A DNA stretch of 16,556 nucleotides, from assembly GCA_963966275.1 (NCBI GenBank), contig CAWZYQ010000083.1:1-16556 (forward strand), given 5' to 3'. Both the position numbers and the translations under genes were made by a program. Below, piece after piece: positions 7,546-14,925 of this stretch (positions are counted from its first letter, which is position 1; the number at the start of each line of letters is the position of its first letter). The stretch is from an uncultured Cytophagales bacterium. Lineage in GTDB: Bacteria > Bacteroidota > Bacteroidia > Cytophagales > Cyclobacteriaceae. The notes below the pieces were generated by a model, which was not told where the DNA came from, did not search any database, and worked only from the letters and a program-made list of their open reading frames with translations.

Positions 7546-8076
7546 ATGGATCAATTAAACGATTTAGGGCAAAAGGCAGTGGTATATTCGCCCATTTAGC
7601 GAATTGATCAATTTTTCAATAAAAAGGCTGTAGCCGTTAAGATTATTTTGCAAAAACGCTATGATTTTGATATAATAGAGCTTGTACAGGAACGAAAAGA
7701 AAACGAATTTTCGAAAATTGCCGAAATATACAAATATGATCCTGACCGGCGCTGTGCGATAAACAAGGTGGCGCCACTGGAAAAAGTCAAGTATGAGTAC
7801 GATATTTGGGTTTCGGGATTAATGAACTGGCAAAGTGAAGTACGCGAAAATTTAAATATTTTCGAAGAGCGGGAAGGGATGTTGAAGTTTTACCCGCTCA
7901 TTGATGTACCGGAAGAAGACGCCTGGCAATATATTTATGAAAATGAATTGCCGGTGCACCCATTGAAGCCATTGGGGTATGAATCGATCGGTTGCAAACA
8001 ATACACGATCAAGGGAGAGAAAAGGAATGGCAGATGGGCACAATTGGTGAAAACCGAATGCGGTTTACACCAGTAA
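7546..8076 (+). pseudogene. cysH: Phosphoadenosine-phosphosulfate (PAPS/APS) reductase CysH remnant: 5'-truncated and interrupted by an in-frame TAG
   Basis: The C-terminal 140-160 aa align to the CysH C-terminal half (KYDPDRRCAINKVAPLEK..., LPVHPLKPLGYESIGCKQYT, C-terminal KTECGLHQ = ECGLH motif). The N-terminal half with the PP-loop (SSFG...DTG..FPET) is absent. The frame is open only from 7528. The ATG at 7546 gives 17 codons and then TAG (7597-7599), where homologs have the Tyr of FPETY. The region 7371-7545 has stops in all frames. The ORF track only recovers a TTG-initiated 142-aa fragment (7648-8076). Confidence 0.6.
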
Positions 8077-8403
8077 ATTTGAAATAATGAGGCCAAACAA
8101 GTAATGAAGCAGCTCAAAATTGTTTTCATTATCAATTGTTTCATAGTAAATCAGGTTAAAATTAGTTAGAGCTAAAGCATTTTAAGTTGTTTCCTGCTTG
8201 TTGGCCTTTATTATAAAAACACCATTCTATAATGGTCCTTTTAGCTCCTCTTCATGCAAAATGGGTACATGGCGGGTAAGTAGATTGTCCGCCCTACCTT
8301 TTTGCTTTGAAAAACTAAATTCCCACATTCTTTCTTCTAAGCTGTGTAGCTTCCTTTCCTTAGTGTATTTTGAGGATTAATTGAAACCAACTGATCATCG
8401 AAT

Positions 8404-9570
8404 ATGGCCTTTCCTTCAAATAGCATAAAACGGGACCCTGAAATTCTTAAGAAATTCTTTGGCAGCGAACGTGCCTTGCCCTTTTGGGTGGCCGATACGG
8501 ATTTTCCATCACCCGGCCCGGTACTGGAAGCGATTCAGAAGCGCAAGGATATTGGTATTTTTGGTTATGAAGTATTTCCGGGTTCTCTGAAGGAAAGTTA
8601 TTGTCATTGGTTCCATAAGCGGCATGGAACGTTAATTGATCCCGGCGAGGTGGTCAACGCTAAAGGCGTGATGACCAATATTGCCATGGCCATTGAGTTG
8701 TTTTCAAAACCTGATGAAGGGGTGATTATCCAGCCACCGGTCTACATGGCATTTCGGCAAACCATTTCCAACGTTAACCGACGAGTGGCCAATAACCCAC
8801 TCAAGTTAGTTAATGGGCGATATGAAATTGACTATGAAGACCTGGAAATAAGGGCCAGCGACCCCAATAATTCCATTTTCTTATTGTGCAGCCCCCATAA
8901 TCCGGTGGGCCGGGCCTGGTCGCATGACGAACTGAAAAGAATAATAGAGATCTGTCATGCCCATGGCGTTTTCGTGATTTCCGACGAGATACATGCCGAT
9001 CTCATCTACCACAATCAAAATTTCCAATCCGTTTACGATCTTGAAGGTATCGACCGTACCGGGCTTATGATCAGTTATTCCCCGGTCAAGACTTTTAATT
9101 TAATGAGCATCAGCGATGGGTTTGCCGTAATTCCTGATCCCGCAAAACGGCAGCAGTTTGAAAAGTATCTGGAAAAACTTCACCTCAACCAAGCCAATGC
9201 ATTTAGCGTGGTGGCAAGTGAGGCGGCTTTTGAACATGGTGGAGATTATGTGGATGAAGTAATGAGAAAGGTGGAGGAAAACCGCGATGAGGTATACCAG
9301 CTGTTGAAACGTGATGTGCCCTTTGTACATTCGGTCAGACAGGAAGGCACGTATTTACTATGGCTTGACTTCAGAGGAGTGGGTCAGGATCAAAAGCTAC
9401 TTCAGCAGCGCCTCGCTGAAGAAGCAAAAGTAGCCATGATCCCAGGAAAATGGTTTGGGGAGCAAGGCGATGGCTTTTTTCGAATGAATATTGCCTGTGA
9501 CAAAACTATGTTGCAGGAGGCATGGGCCAATATTATTAATATGCTTAAGCTCCACTATCCTGCGCCTTAG
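8404..9570 (+). CDS. PLP-dependent C-S lyase / class I-II aminotransferase fold (MalY/PatB-type cystathionine beta-lyase)
   Basis: 388 aa. It has the family-typical N-terminal WVADTDF motif, CSPHNPVGRAW, and the PLP-lysine in SYSPVKTFNL. Recalled alignment runs over the whole length with E. coli MalY-like proteins. Confidence 0.85.
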   Translation: MAFPSNSIKRDPEILKKFFGSERALPFWVADTDFPSPGPVLEAIQKRKDIGIFGYEVFPGSLKESYCHWFHKRHGTLIDPGEVVNAKGVMTNIAMAIELFSKPDEGVIIQPPVYMAFRQTISNVNRRVANNPLKLVNGRYEIDYEDLEIRASDPNNSIFLLCSPHNPVGRAWSHDELKRIIEICHAHGVFVISDEIHADLIYHNQNFQSVYDLEGIDRTGLMISYSPVKTFNLMSISDGFAVIPDPAKRQQFEKYLEKLHLNQANAFSVVASEAAFEHGGDYVDEVMRKVEENRDEVYQLLKRDVPFVHSVRQEGTYLLWLDFRGVGQDQKLLQQRLAEEAKVAMIPGKWFGEQGDGFFRMNIACDKTMLQEAWANIINMLKLHYPAP

Positions 9571-11971
9571 ATTTATCGGAAAGCAGAACGGTTGAATGCA
9601 CGGTAGGCATTTCAAAGCCTTTTTCTGATAATGTGTTGAATATTTTTACCGCCACTTCACTTTTGGCGCTCAGGCCCACATCCACATGCGTCCAGAACAA
9701 AAGGCGGAAATTCATAGTGCCATCGCCATAGCCTTCAAATAAAATCAATGGGCTTGGTTGGGAAATCACTTTCGGATTCAGTTGAACCACCGCTCTTAAA
9801 ATTTCCAATACTTCGTCAGGTTTGGCTGAGTACGCCGTTTTAATGATCAATTCCTGCCTTTTGGCCTGATCAGAAAGCGTCCAGTTGATCACCTCGTTAG
9901 AAATAAGGTTGCCGTTGGGCACCACAACTTCTGCCCCGCCATAAGTTCGCACCCGGCTGGCCCGAACCCCTATTTTCGTTACGTTGCCCATCAGTGAACC
10001 AATTTCAATAGTGTCTCCTACCTGAACCGGTCTTTCGTAAATTAAAATCAGGCCTGAGATAAAATTGTACACCACATTTTGCAGGCCAAAACCGATACCC
10101 ACACCCAAAGCCCCTACGGCAAGGTTAATCTTATCCCATTCAATTCCTGTGCTTGAGGCGGCAAGAAAAAGCCCGACGACCAAAATAAAATAGTATAAAG
10201 TAATTGAAATGGCATTTGGGATTCCTCTTTTTAAGTTGAGCCGCACCAGTATTTCCTTACCCAATAAATAGCGCAAAACATTGGAAATAAGAATGGTAAA
10301 AAACAATATGGTAAAGAAGGTTAGAAAATCTCCAATTGAAACTTTTACTGTACCAAACTCCCACGACTGATTTACGAATTCATTCCAGGCATCTGCAATA
10401 TTTCGTGCTACATCAAACTGGTTAGTTATAGATACAACAAACCAAATCAAAAACACCAGCCCAGTATAATAGACCATTTTTTTTCGGACTTTTTGTTTGT
10501 GATGTACAATGATATTCATTTGTCGTATCAGCGGAAATTCAACTAAAAACAGAATACCAAGCTTCGTAAAACTGAAGGTCAAATAAAGCAATAAGCCAAT
10601 ACCGATCGTATTTAGGGTTCCTGTAGTGATTTGTAATGATAAACGCATTACTCCCAGAACATTAGTAATAAGGGCGAGAGCCATTAAAACGAGCAGTATC
10701 TGGCTCATAAAAAATGTAAACTTATAGGCAATGGAACTGGTGCGAACCAAACCGTATCGCCTGGAATAAATGATAAAACCTAGCAATAATATAATGAGCA
10801 CCTGTAATATCAGGGTGAATATGCGGTTCTCGAATGAATCTTTAGGCATACCCGAGAAAGTGATATTGAGAAGAAACAAAAGAACATATCCATAAAATAG
10901 ATAAGACAGCGTTTTTTGAAAAAGTTTTTTGACGAGTACACTAAGAGGGATTAATAAAAGCAGCAATATAAACTCAACCAGTATAACATTTATTGTTCCA
11001 TAGATCAATTTTGAGAAAAAGAACGAAACTACTATTGCGGTGGATAAAGGCGCTTCAAAAAATGCTTTTAATTGTGTTTCTTTTTTAAGCCGTAATAATG
11101 CCACCGCTCTTTCTCGGTAAAAATACAATACGACCCAAAGAACAATGATTAAAACGAGGTGGATATAAAATGATTGCTCGTAATTGGGAAGTGAGTTTTT
11201 AACGTTTTTATAAGCAGCTTTCCAGGAAGTAATTACATATGTTCCTAAACTTAGGGTATCTGAATCCATTTTACTCTTTTCCCAGATTTTAGGGCTGTCC
11301 TGAATAAATACATCTTCGCGCATTTCAGAATCTATGGATTCTATCATATTTATTTTCTCAACCGTAGCCCGAATCATCCCGGTGGTGATATCCAGGTATT
11401 TTAATTCTTCCTTCTGTTTATCCAACAGTTCGTTGCGTAAAGTATTGACAGATTTCAAGACATCTAAAATGCGTTCTTTGAGGGCTGATTCTTTGTTCTC
11501 TAGTTTAAATTGGTTTTCCAACAAATTTTGCCAAAAGACGTCTAGTTCATCCAGTTGGTTGATCGCTTCCTGCAAATCATCATTACGATTACTAAGTTCA
11601 GACTGGACGCTTTCAAGTTTCTGTCTTAGCTGGCGCAGCTTTTCTTTTATGTTTTTAATTTCCTGATAACTGCGGAGATCTAAACTTTCCTCGTTTAGGC
11701 TATTTAGCGAATCTTCAACATTACTCCTGATAGAATCCAACTGCTGGTAAATGACCTGAATGTTTTCAGGTACCTCCAGCAGTGGTTTGGCATCGTCAAT
11801 TCTGGAGTAGGATATTTCTATTTGATTGGTTATGTCTGAAATTGACAATATTTCCGCTTCTTCTTTCTTTTCAACCTCTTCTGCAGCTTTTTCCTGTGCG
11901 ACCGCTGGTGAGCAGAAACATAAAGCAATAAGAAGTAATGATATCGATTTTAAGAATATAACTTTCCGCAT
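9545..11971 (-). CDS. Mechanosensitive ion channel, MscS family with large N-terminal periplasmic coiled-coil domain (MscK/KefA-like architecture)
   Basis: 808 aa. It has a signal peptide (MRKVIFLKSISLLLIALCFCSPAVAQE), about 230 aa of coiled coil, multiple TM helices, then the MscS pore-lining helix and beta domain (GALGVGIGFGLQNVVYNFISGLILIYERPVQVGDTIEIGSLMGNVTKIGVRASRVRT...). Confidence 0.9.
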   Translation of the reverse strand: MRKVIFLKSISLLLIALCFCSPAVAQEKAAEEVEKKEEAEILSISDITNQIEISYSRIDDAKPLLEVPENIQVIYQQLDSIRSNVEDSLNSLNEESLDLRSYQEIKNIKEKLRQLRQKLESVQSELSNRNDDLQEAINQLDELDVFWQNLLENQFKLENKESALKERILDVLKSVNTLRNELLDKQKEELKYLDITTGMIRATVEKINMIESIDSEMREDVFIQDSPKIWEKSKMDSDTLSLGTYVITSWKAAYKNVKNSLPNYEQSFYIHLVLIIVLWVVLYFYRERAVALLRLKKETQLKAFFEAPLSTAIVVSFFFSKLIYGTINVILVEFILLLLLIPLSVLVKKLFQKTLSYLFYGYVLLFLLNITFSGMPKDSFENRIFTLILQVLIILLLGFIIYSRRYGLVRTSSIAYKFTFFMSQILLVLMALALITNVLGVMRLSLQITTGTLNTIGIGLLLYLTFSFTKLGILFLVEFPLIRQMNIIVHHKQKVRKKMVYYTGLVFLIWFVVSITNQFDVARNIADAWNEFVNQSWEFGTVKVSIGDFLTFFTILFFTILISNVLRYLLGKEILVRLNLKRGIPNAISITLYYFILVVGLFLAASSTGIEWDKINLAVGALGVGIGFGLQNVVYNFISGLILIYERPVQVGDTIEIGSLMGNVTKIGVRASRVRTYGGAEVVVPNGNLISNEVINWTLSDQAKRQELIIKTAYSAKPDEVLEILRAVVQLNPKVISQPSPLILFEGYGDGTMNFRLLFWTHVDVGLSAKSEVAVKIFNTLSEKGFEMPTVHSTVLLSDKSKAQDSGA

Positions 11972-12142
11972 GCCCTGGCATTTTATTAATGTTTGAAAAT
12001 ACTGATTTTAAATAATATTTAGTTGAAAAAGCAAAAATGAATAGATCAACGAATTGGTTTAATTTTTAATTATCAGATGCTTCAAATAAAGACAGAATAG
12101 ATTATATTTATTCCACAATTTGTTGACACTAAAGAATAAGCC
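11972..12142. promoter_or_regulatory. AT-rich divergent intergenic region (promoters for the mscS-like gene and the nfeD-flotillin operon)
   Basis: 171 bp, strongly AT-rich. It is flanked by divergent start codons at 11971 (-) and 12143 (+). Confidence 0.3.
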
Positions 12143-12736
12143 ATGACTTTCGATTTATCCGCTTGGTGGGAGGCGCTCACATTGATCCAAAAAATATTTT
12201 GGGTAGTAGCAGGCCCCTCTACCCTTCTTTTGATCATTCAATTAATCCTCACTTTTGCCGGTGGCGAAATCGACGATATCGATATTGATTCTGACATAGA
12301 TTTCGAGACCGATCATGGTGGGATCGGCTATCAGTTTTTGACCTTCAAGAATGTGCTGGGATTCTTCACTATGTTCGGCTGGATCGGCATGGCCTGTCTG
12401 GACTTTGGTTTCGGTATTTTCATTTCGGTGGTGGTTGCCTTTATTGCCGGACTTATAATGATGGCTTTAATGGCATTTTTGTTTTATCAAATGAGCAAAT
12501 TACAACAGAGTGGTTCGATGCGAATTGAATCAGCAATAGATCAAACCGGTGAGGTTTACCTGACCATTCCAAAAAACCGTGATGGGGTTGGAAAAATTAA
12601 TATTACCCTAAACGGCACGCTAAGGGAAATGGATGCCGTAACGGATGATCCGGAACCGCTCAAAAACGGTAGCATAGTCCAGGTACTGGATATAGTAAGT
12701 GGCAATTTGCTACTGGTCACTAAGCGATTATTTTAA
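12143..12736 (+). CDS. NfeD-like membrane protein (short form, C-terminal OB-fold), partner of flotillin/SPFH proteins
   Basis: 197 aa. Three hydrophobic helices are followed by a C-terminal beta-rich domain of about 75 aa (GEVYLTIPKNRDGVGKINITLNGTLREMDAVTDDPEPLKNGSIVQVLDIVSGNLLLV), typical of YuaF/YqiJ-type NfeD proteins. It lies 28 bp upstream of a flotillin gene, the classic arrangement. Confidence 0.75.
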   Translation: MTFDLSAWWEALTLIQKIFWVVAGPSTLLLIIQLILTFAGGEIDDIDIDSDIDFETDHGGIGYQFLTFKNVLGFFTMFGWIGMACLDFGFGIFISVVVAFIAGLIMMALMAFLFYQMSKLQQSGSMRIESAIDQTGEVYLTIPKNRDGVGKINITLNGTLREMDAVTDDPEPLKNGSIVQVLDIVSGNLLLVTKRLF

Positions 12737-12764
12737 TTATGTTTCACTTTAAATATACAGTACA

Positions 12765-14381
12765 ATGACATTCCTTCTCGCGGGAGTAATAGTGGGCGTC
12801 ATCTTTCTGATAATTATATTATCGGCGCTTTTCAACCGCTATAAAAGATGTCCGTCAGATAAAATTCTGGTGGTGTATGGAAAAGTCGGAAGCGATGAAC
12901 AAGGTGGTCGTTCCGCAAAATGTATCCATGGTGGGGCCGCATTTATCTGGCCCATCGTACAGGATTATGAGTTTCTTGACCTGACCCCTATTTCCATTGA
13001 GGTCAACCTGACCAATGCCCTGAGTAGGCAAAATATCCGGGTGGATGTGCCCTCTCGATTCACCGTAGGGATTTCAACAGAGCCCGGCATTATGAACAAT
13101 GCGGCAGAGCGTTTGCTTGGCCTCGACCAACAACAGATTTACGACCTGGCCAAGGATATCATATTTGGTCAGTTGCGATTGGTTGTGGCTACGATGGACA
13201 TCGAAGAGATCAACAGTAATCGCGACAAATTTTTGGCCAATGTAGCCAGTAATGTGGAGGCCGAGCTGAAGAAAATTGGTTTGAAACTGATCAACGTAAA
13301 CGTTACGGATATTAAAGATGAATCCGGATACATCGAAGCGCTGGGTAAAGAAGCGGCCGCCAAGGCGGTAAATGATGCCAGGATCAGCGTGGCGGAAAAG
13401 AATCGCGATGGTTCAATCGGTGAATCGGAAGCGACCAAAGAGCAACGAATAAAAGTAGCCGCCCTAAATGCAGCCGCAAAAGTGGGAGAAGCTGAAGCGC
13501 TTCAGAACGAACGTATACAGGTAGCAGAAGCAGAGTCGAAAGCCAAAATCGGAGAGTCCAACTCACTTTCCAGGGCCAACTCCGGGGAAGCTGAAGCCAA
13601 AAAGCTCGAGCGTATCAGTGTTTCCGAAGCGAATGCCCATGCCGTTGAGGGAGAAAATAAAGCAAAGATATCTATTGCCAATTCGGATGCTGAACGTCGC
13701 TTCCAGGAAGCCGAGGCACTGAGAAAAGCCATAGCTGCTGAGAAGGTTAGTACTGCTAAAGCCCTTGAAGAGGCTTACGAATCAGAAAGGACTGCCGAGG
13801 TGGCCCGTGCCGAGCGCGATAAAGCGACACAAATGGCAGATGTTGTGGTGCCGTCGGAAATTGCCAAACAAAAGGCAGAAATTGATGCTGAAGCAGAAGC
13901 GGAAAGGATTAGACGACACGCTAAAGGTGAAGCAGATGCCACTTATTTTAAAATGCAGGCGGAAGCAAAAGGTCTCTACGAAATACTGAGCAAACAGGCT
14001 GAAGGATTTGAAAAAATCGTCGGAGCCTCAGGCGGAAGTAAAGAAGCCGTTATGATGATGATTGCAGATAAACTACCTGAATTGATCAAGCAGCAGGTAG
14101 AAGCGATCAAAAATATCAAGATCGATAAAATTACTGTTTGGGACTCCAACTCAGGTAGCGGACAGGGCCCGACTACGGCTAACTTCATTTCCGGATTGGC
14201 GAAATCATTGCCGCCAATGGACGATTTGTTTAAAATGGCCGGCATGGAGCTTCCTTCTATTTTGCAGGGAAAAGGCGAAACGGCCAGGGATGTAGAAGCG
14301 AAGGAAGTAAAGGAGGAAAAGCCGAAACAAACTGCACCGGCAAAAGATAAAAAAGACAATAAGCCCGAAAAAGGTGTTTAA
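12765..14381 (+). CDS. Flotillin-family SPFH/band-7 protein (FloT/YqiK-like) with Ala/Glu-rich coiled-coil repeat and Lys-rich C-terminal tail
   Basis: 538 aa. It has an N-terminal TM anchor (LLAGVIVGVIFLIIILSALF), then an SPFH domain, then a long EA-rich coiled coil (AEAEAEAERIRRHAKGEADA...) typical of flotillins. Confidence 0.9.
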   Translation: MTFLLAGVIVGVIFLIIILSALFNRYKRCPSDKILVVYGKVGSDEQGGRSAKCIHGGAAFIWPIVQDYEFLDLTPISIEVNLTNALSRQNIRVDVPSRFTVGISTEPGIMNNAAERLLGLDQQQIYDLAKDIIFGQLRLVVATMDIEEINSNRDKFLANVASNVEAELKKIGLKLINVNVTDIKDESGYIEALGKEAAAKAVNDARISVAEKNRDGSIGESEATKEQRIKVAALNAAAKVGEAEALQNERIQVAEAESKAKIGESNSLSRANSGEAEAKKLERISVSEANAHAVEGENKAKISIANSDAERRFQEAEALRKAIAAEKVSTAKALEEAYESERTAEVARAERDKATQMADVVVPSEIAKQKAEIDAEAEAERIRRHAKGEADATYFKMQAEAKGLYEILSKQAEGFEKIVGASGGSKEAVMMMIADKLPELIKQQVEAIKNIKIDKITVWDSNSGSGQGPTTANFISGLAKSLPPMDDLFKMAGMELPSILQGKGETARDVEAKEVKEEKPKQTAPAKDKKDNKPEKGV

Positions 14382-14399
14382 TCTTTAGTCATCCAGAAT

Positions 14400-14440
14400 A
14401 AAATGCCGGTGGAAGATCATTTATCACCGGCATTTTTTAT
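14400..14440. terminator. Bidirectional rho-independent terminator between flotillin (+) and GNAT (-) genes
   Basis: Perfect 12-bp inverted repeat aaaatgccggtg / caccggcatttt (14400-14411 and 14425-14436) with a 13-nt loop. It has a GC core, an A-run on the left and a T-run on the right, so a U-tract follows the stem on both strands. Confidence 0.7.
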
Positions 14441-14463
14441 ATATGAAGAGCTGATAGCGCTTG

Positions 14464-14925
14464 CTACTTCATCCATTCATACATATCATAATGATGATGG
14501 CTCAAACCTTTCTTTTGATATACCTTTTGAGCTTTGGTATTGGTTTTATCCACGTACAATCGAATACCCATCACTTCTGGTTGGTTGGCAACAATATCTT
14601 TTAAGCGCTGATACATGGTGTTGAAAATCCCCAATTTGCGGAATTCCCTCTTGACGTAAACCGATTGCAACCACCACACATTTCCATTGCGCCAGTCGCT
14701 CCACTCGTAGGTGATTAAAAAGGATCCAACCACTGTTTCATCTGCCACTGCTACAAAGTATTGCCCCTTTGATGCGTCTTCGAATACGGCTTGAACACCT
14801 TTTTCGAGTATGTTCCGATCCAATTGCAGCGATTCGGTTTCCATGGCCATCAACAATTGAAACCCGATGATATCAGGGCGATGATGTGGTTGTGCGGCTA
14901 TTATTCGAATTTGATTTTTGCTCAT
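14464..14925 (-). CDS. GNAT family N-acetyltransferase
   Basis: Acetyl-CoA binding motif A region VYVKREFRKLGIFNTMYQRL. The beta1-like N-terminus is IRIIAAQPHHRPDII. The ATG at 14925 (MSKNQ...) or 14934 overlaps the 3' end of the upstream MltF-like gene by 53-62 nt. Confidence 0.8.
   Translation of the reverse strand: MSKNQIRIIAAQPHHRPDIIGFQLLMAMETESLQLDRNILEKGVQAVFEDASKGQYFVAVADETVVGSFLITYEWSDWRNGNVWWLQSVYVKREFRKLGIFNTMYQRLKDIVANQPEVMGIRLYVDKTNTKAQKVYQKKGLSHHHYDMYEWMK

Noticed and set aside
7852-8144. Two - strand ORFs (63 and 69 aa) overlapping the cysH remnant; the 69-aa one begins MKQLIMKTILSCFITCLASLF, which looks signal-peptide-like
   Set aside because: AT-rich antisense sequence readily yields hydrophobic strings. 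No conserved domain. It overlaps the region with clear CysH homology on the other strand.
8198-8380. 60-aa ORF in the leader upstream of the C-S lyase
   Set aside because: Low-complexity (Ser/Phe/Leu-rich), non-ATG start in the track, no motifs. The region is more plausibly an RNA leader.
8077-8403. SAM-I riboswitch upstream of the C-S lyase
   Set aside because: Searched by eye for the conserved SAM-I cores (GGAGGGA, CUGGCCC, GCAACC) on the + strand and did not find them. Kept only as an unclassified structured-leader finding.
9100-9615. ORFs 9100-9330 (-) and 9397-9615 (-) inside or at the end of the C-S lyase gene
   Set aside because: Antisense to a well-supported CDS. No motifs.
11334-11666. 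110-aa + strand ORF inside the MscS gene
   Set aside because: Antisense to the coiled-coil region of MscS, Ser/Leu-rich low complexity.
13169-14359. Several - strand ORFs and one + strand alternate-frame ORF (13169-13438, 13384-13566, 13502-13732, 13765-13989, 13976-14359) within the flotillin gene; also considered whether the GAAGC-rich stretch is a DNA repeat element
   Set aside because: They are antisense or alternate-frame readings of the Ala/Glu-rich coiled-coil coding repeat. The nucleotide periodicity is explained by the EA-repeat of flotillin, not by a mobile or tandem repeat element.
14403-14624. 73-aa + strand ORF starting inside the terminator hairpin and running antisense to the GNAT gene
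   Set aside because: Starts within a terminator stem and is antisense to a CDS with a GNAT motif. Artefact.
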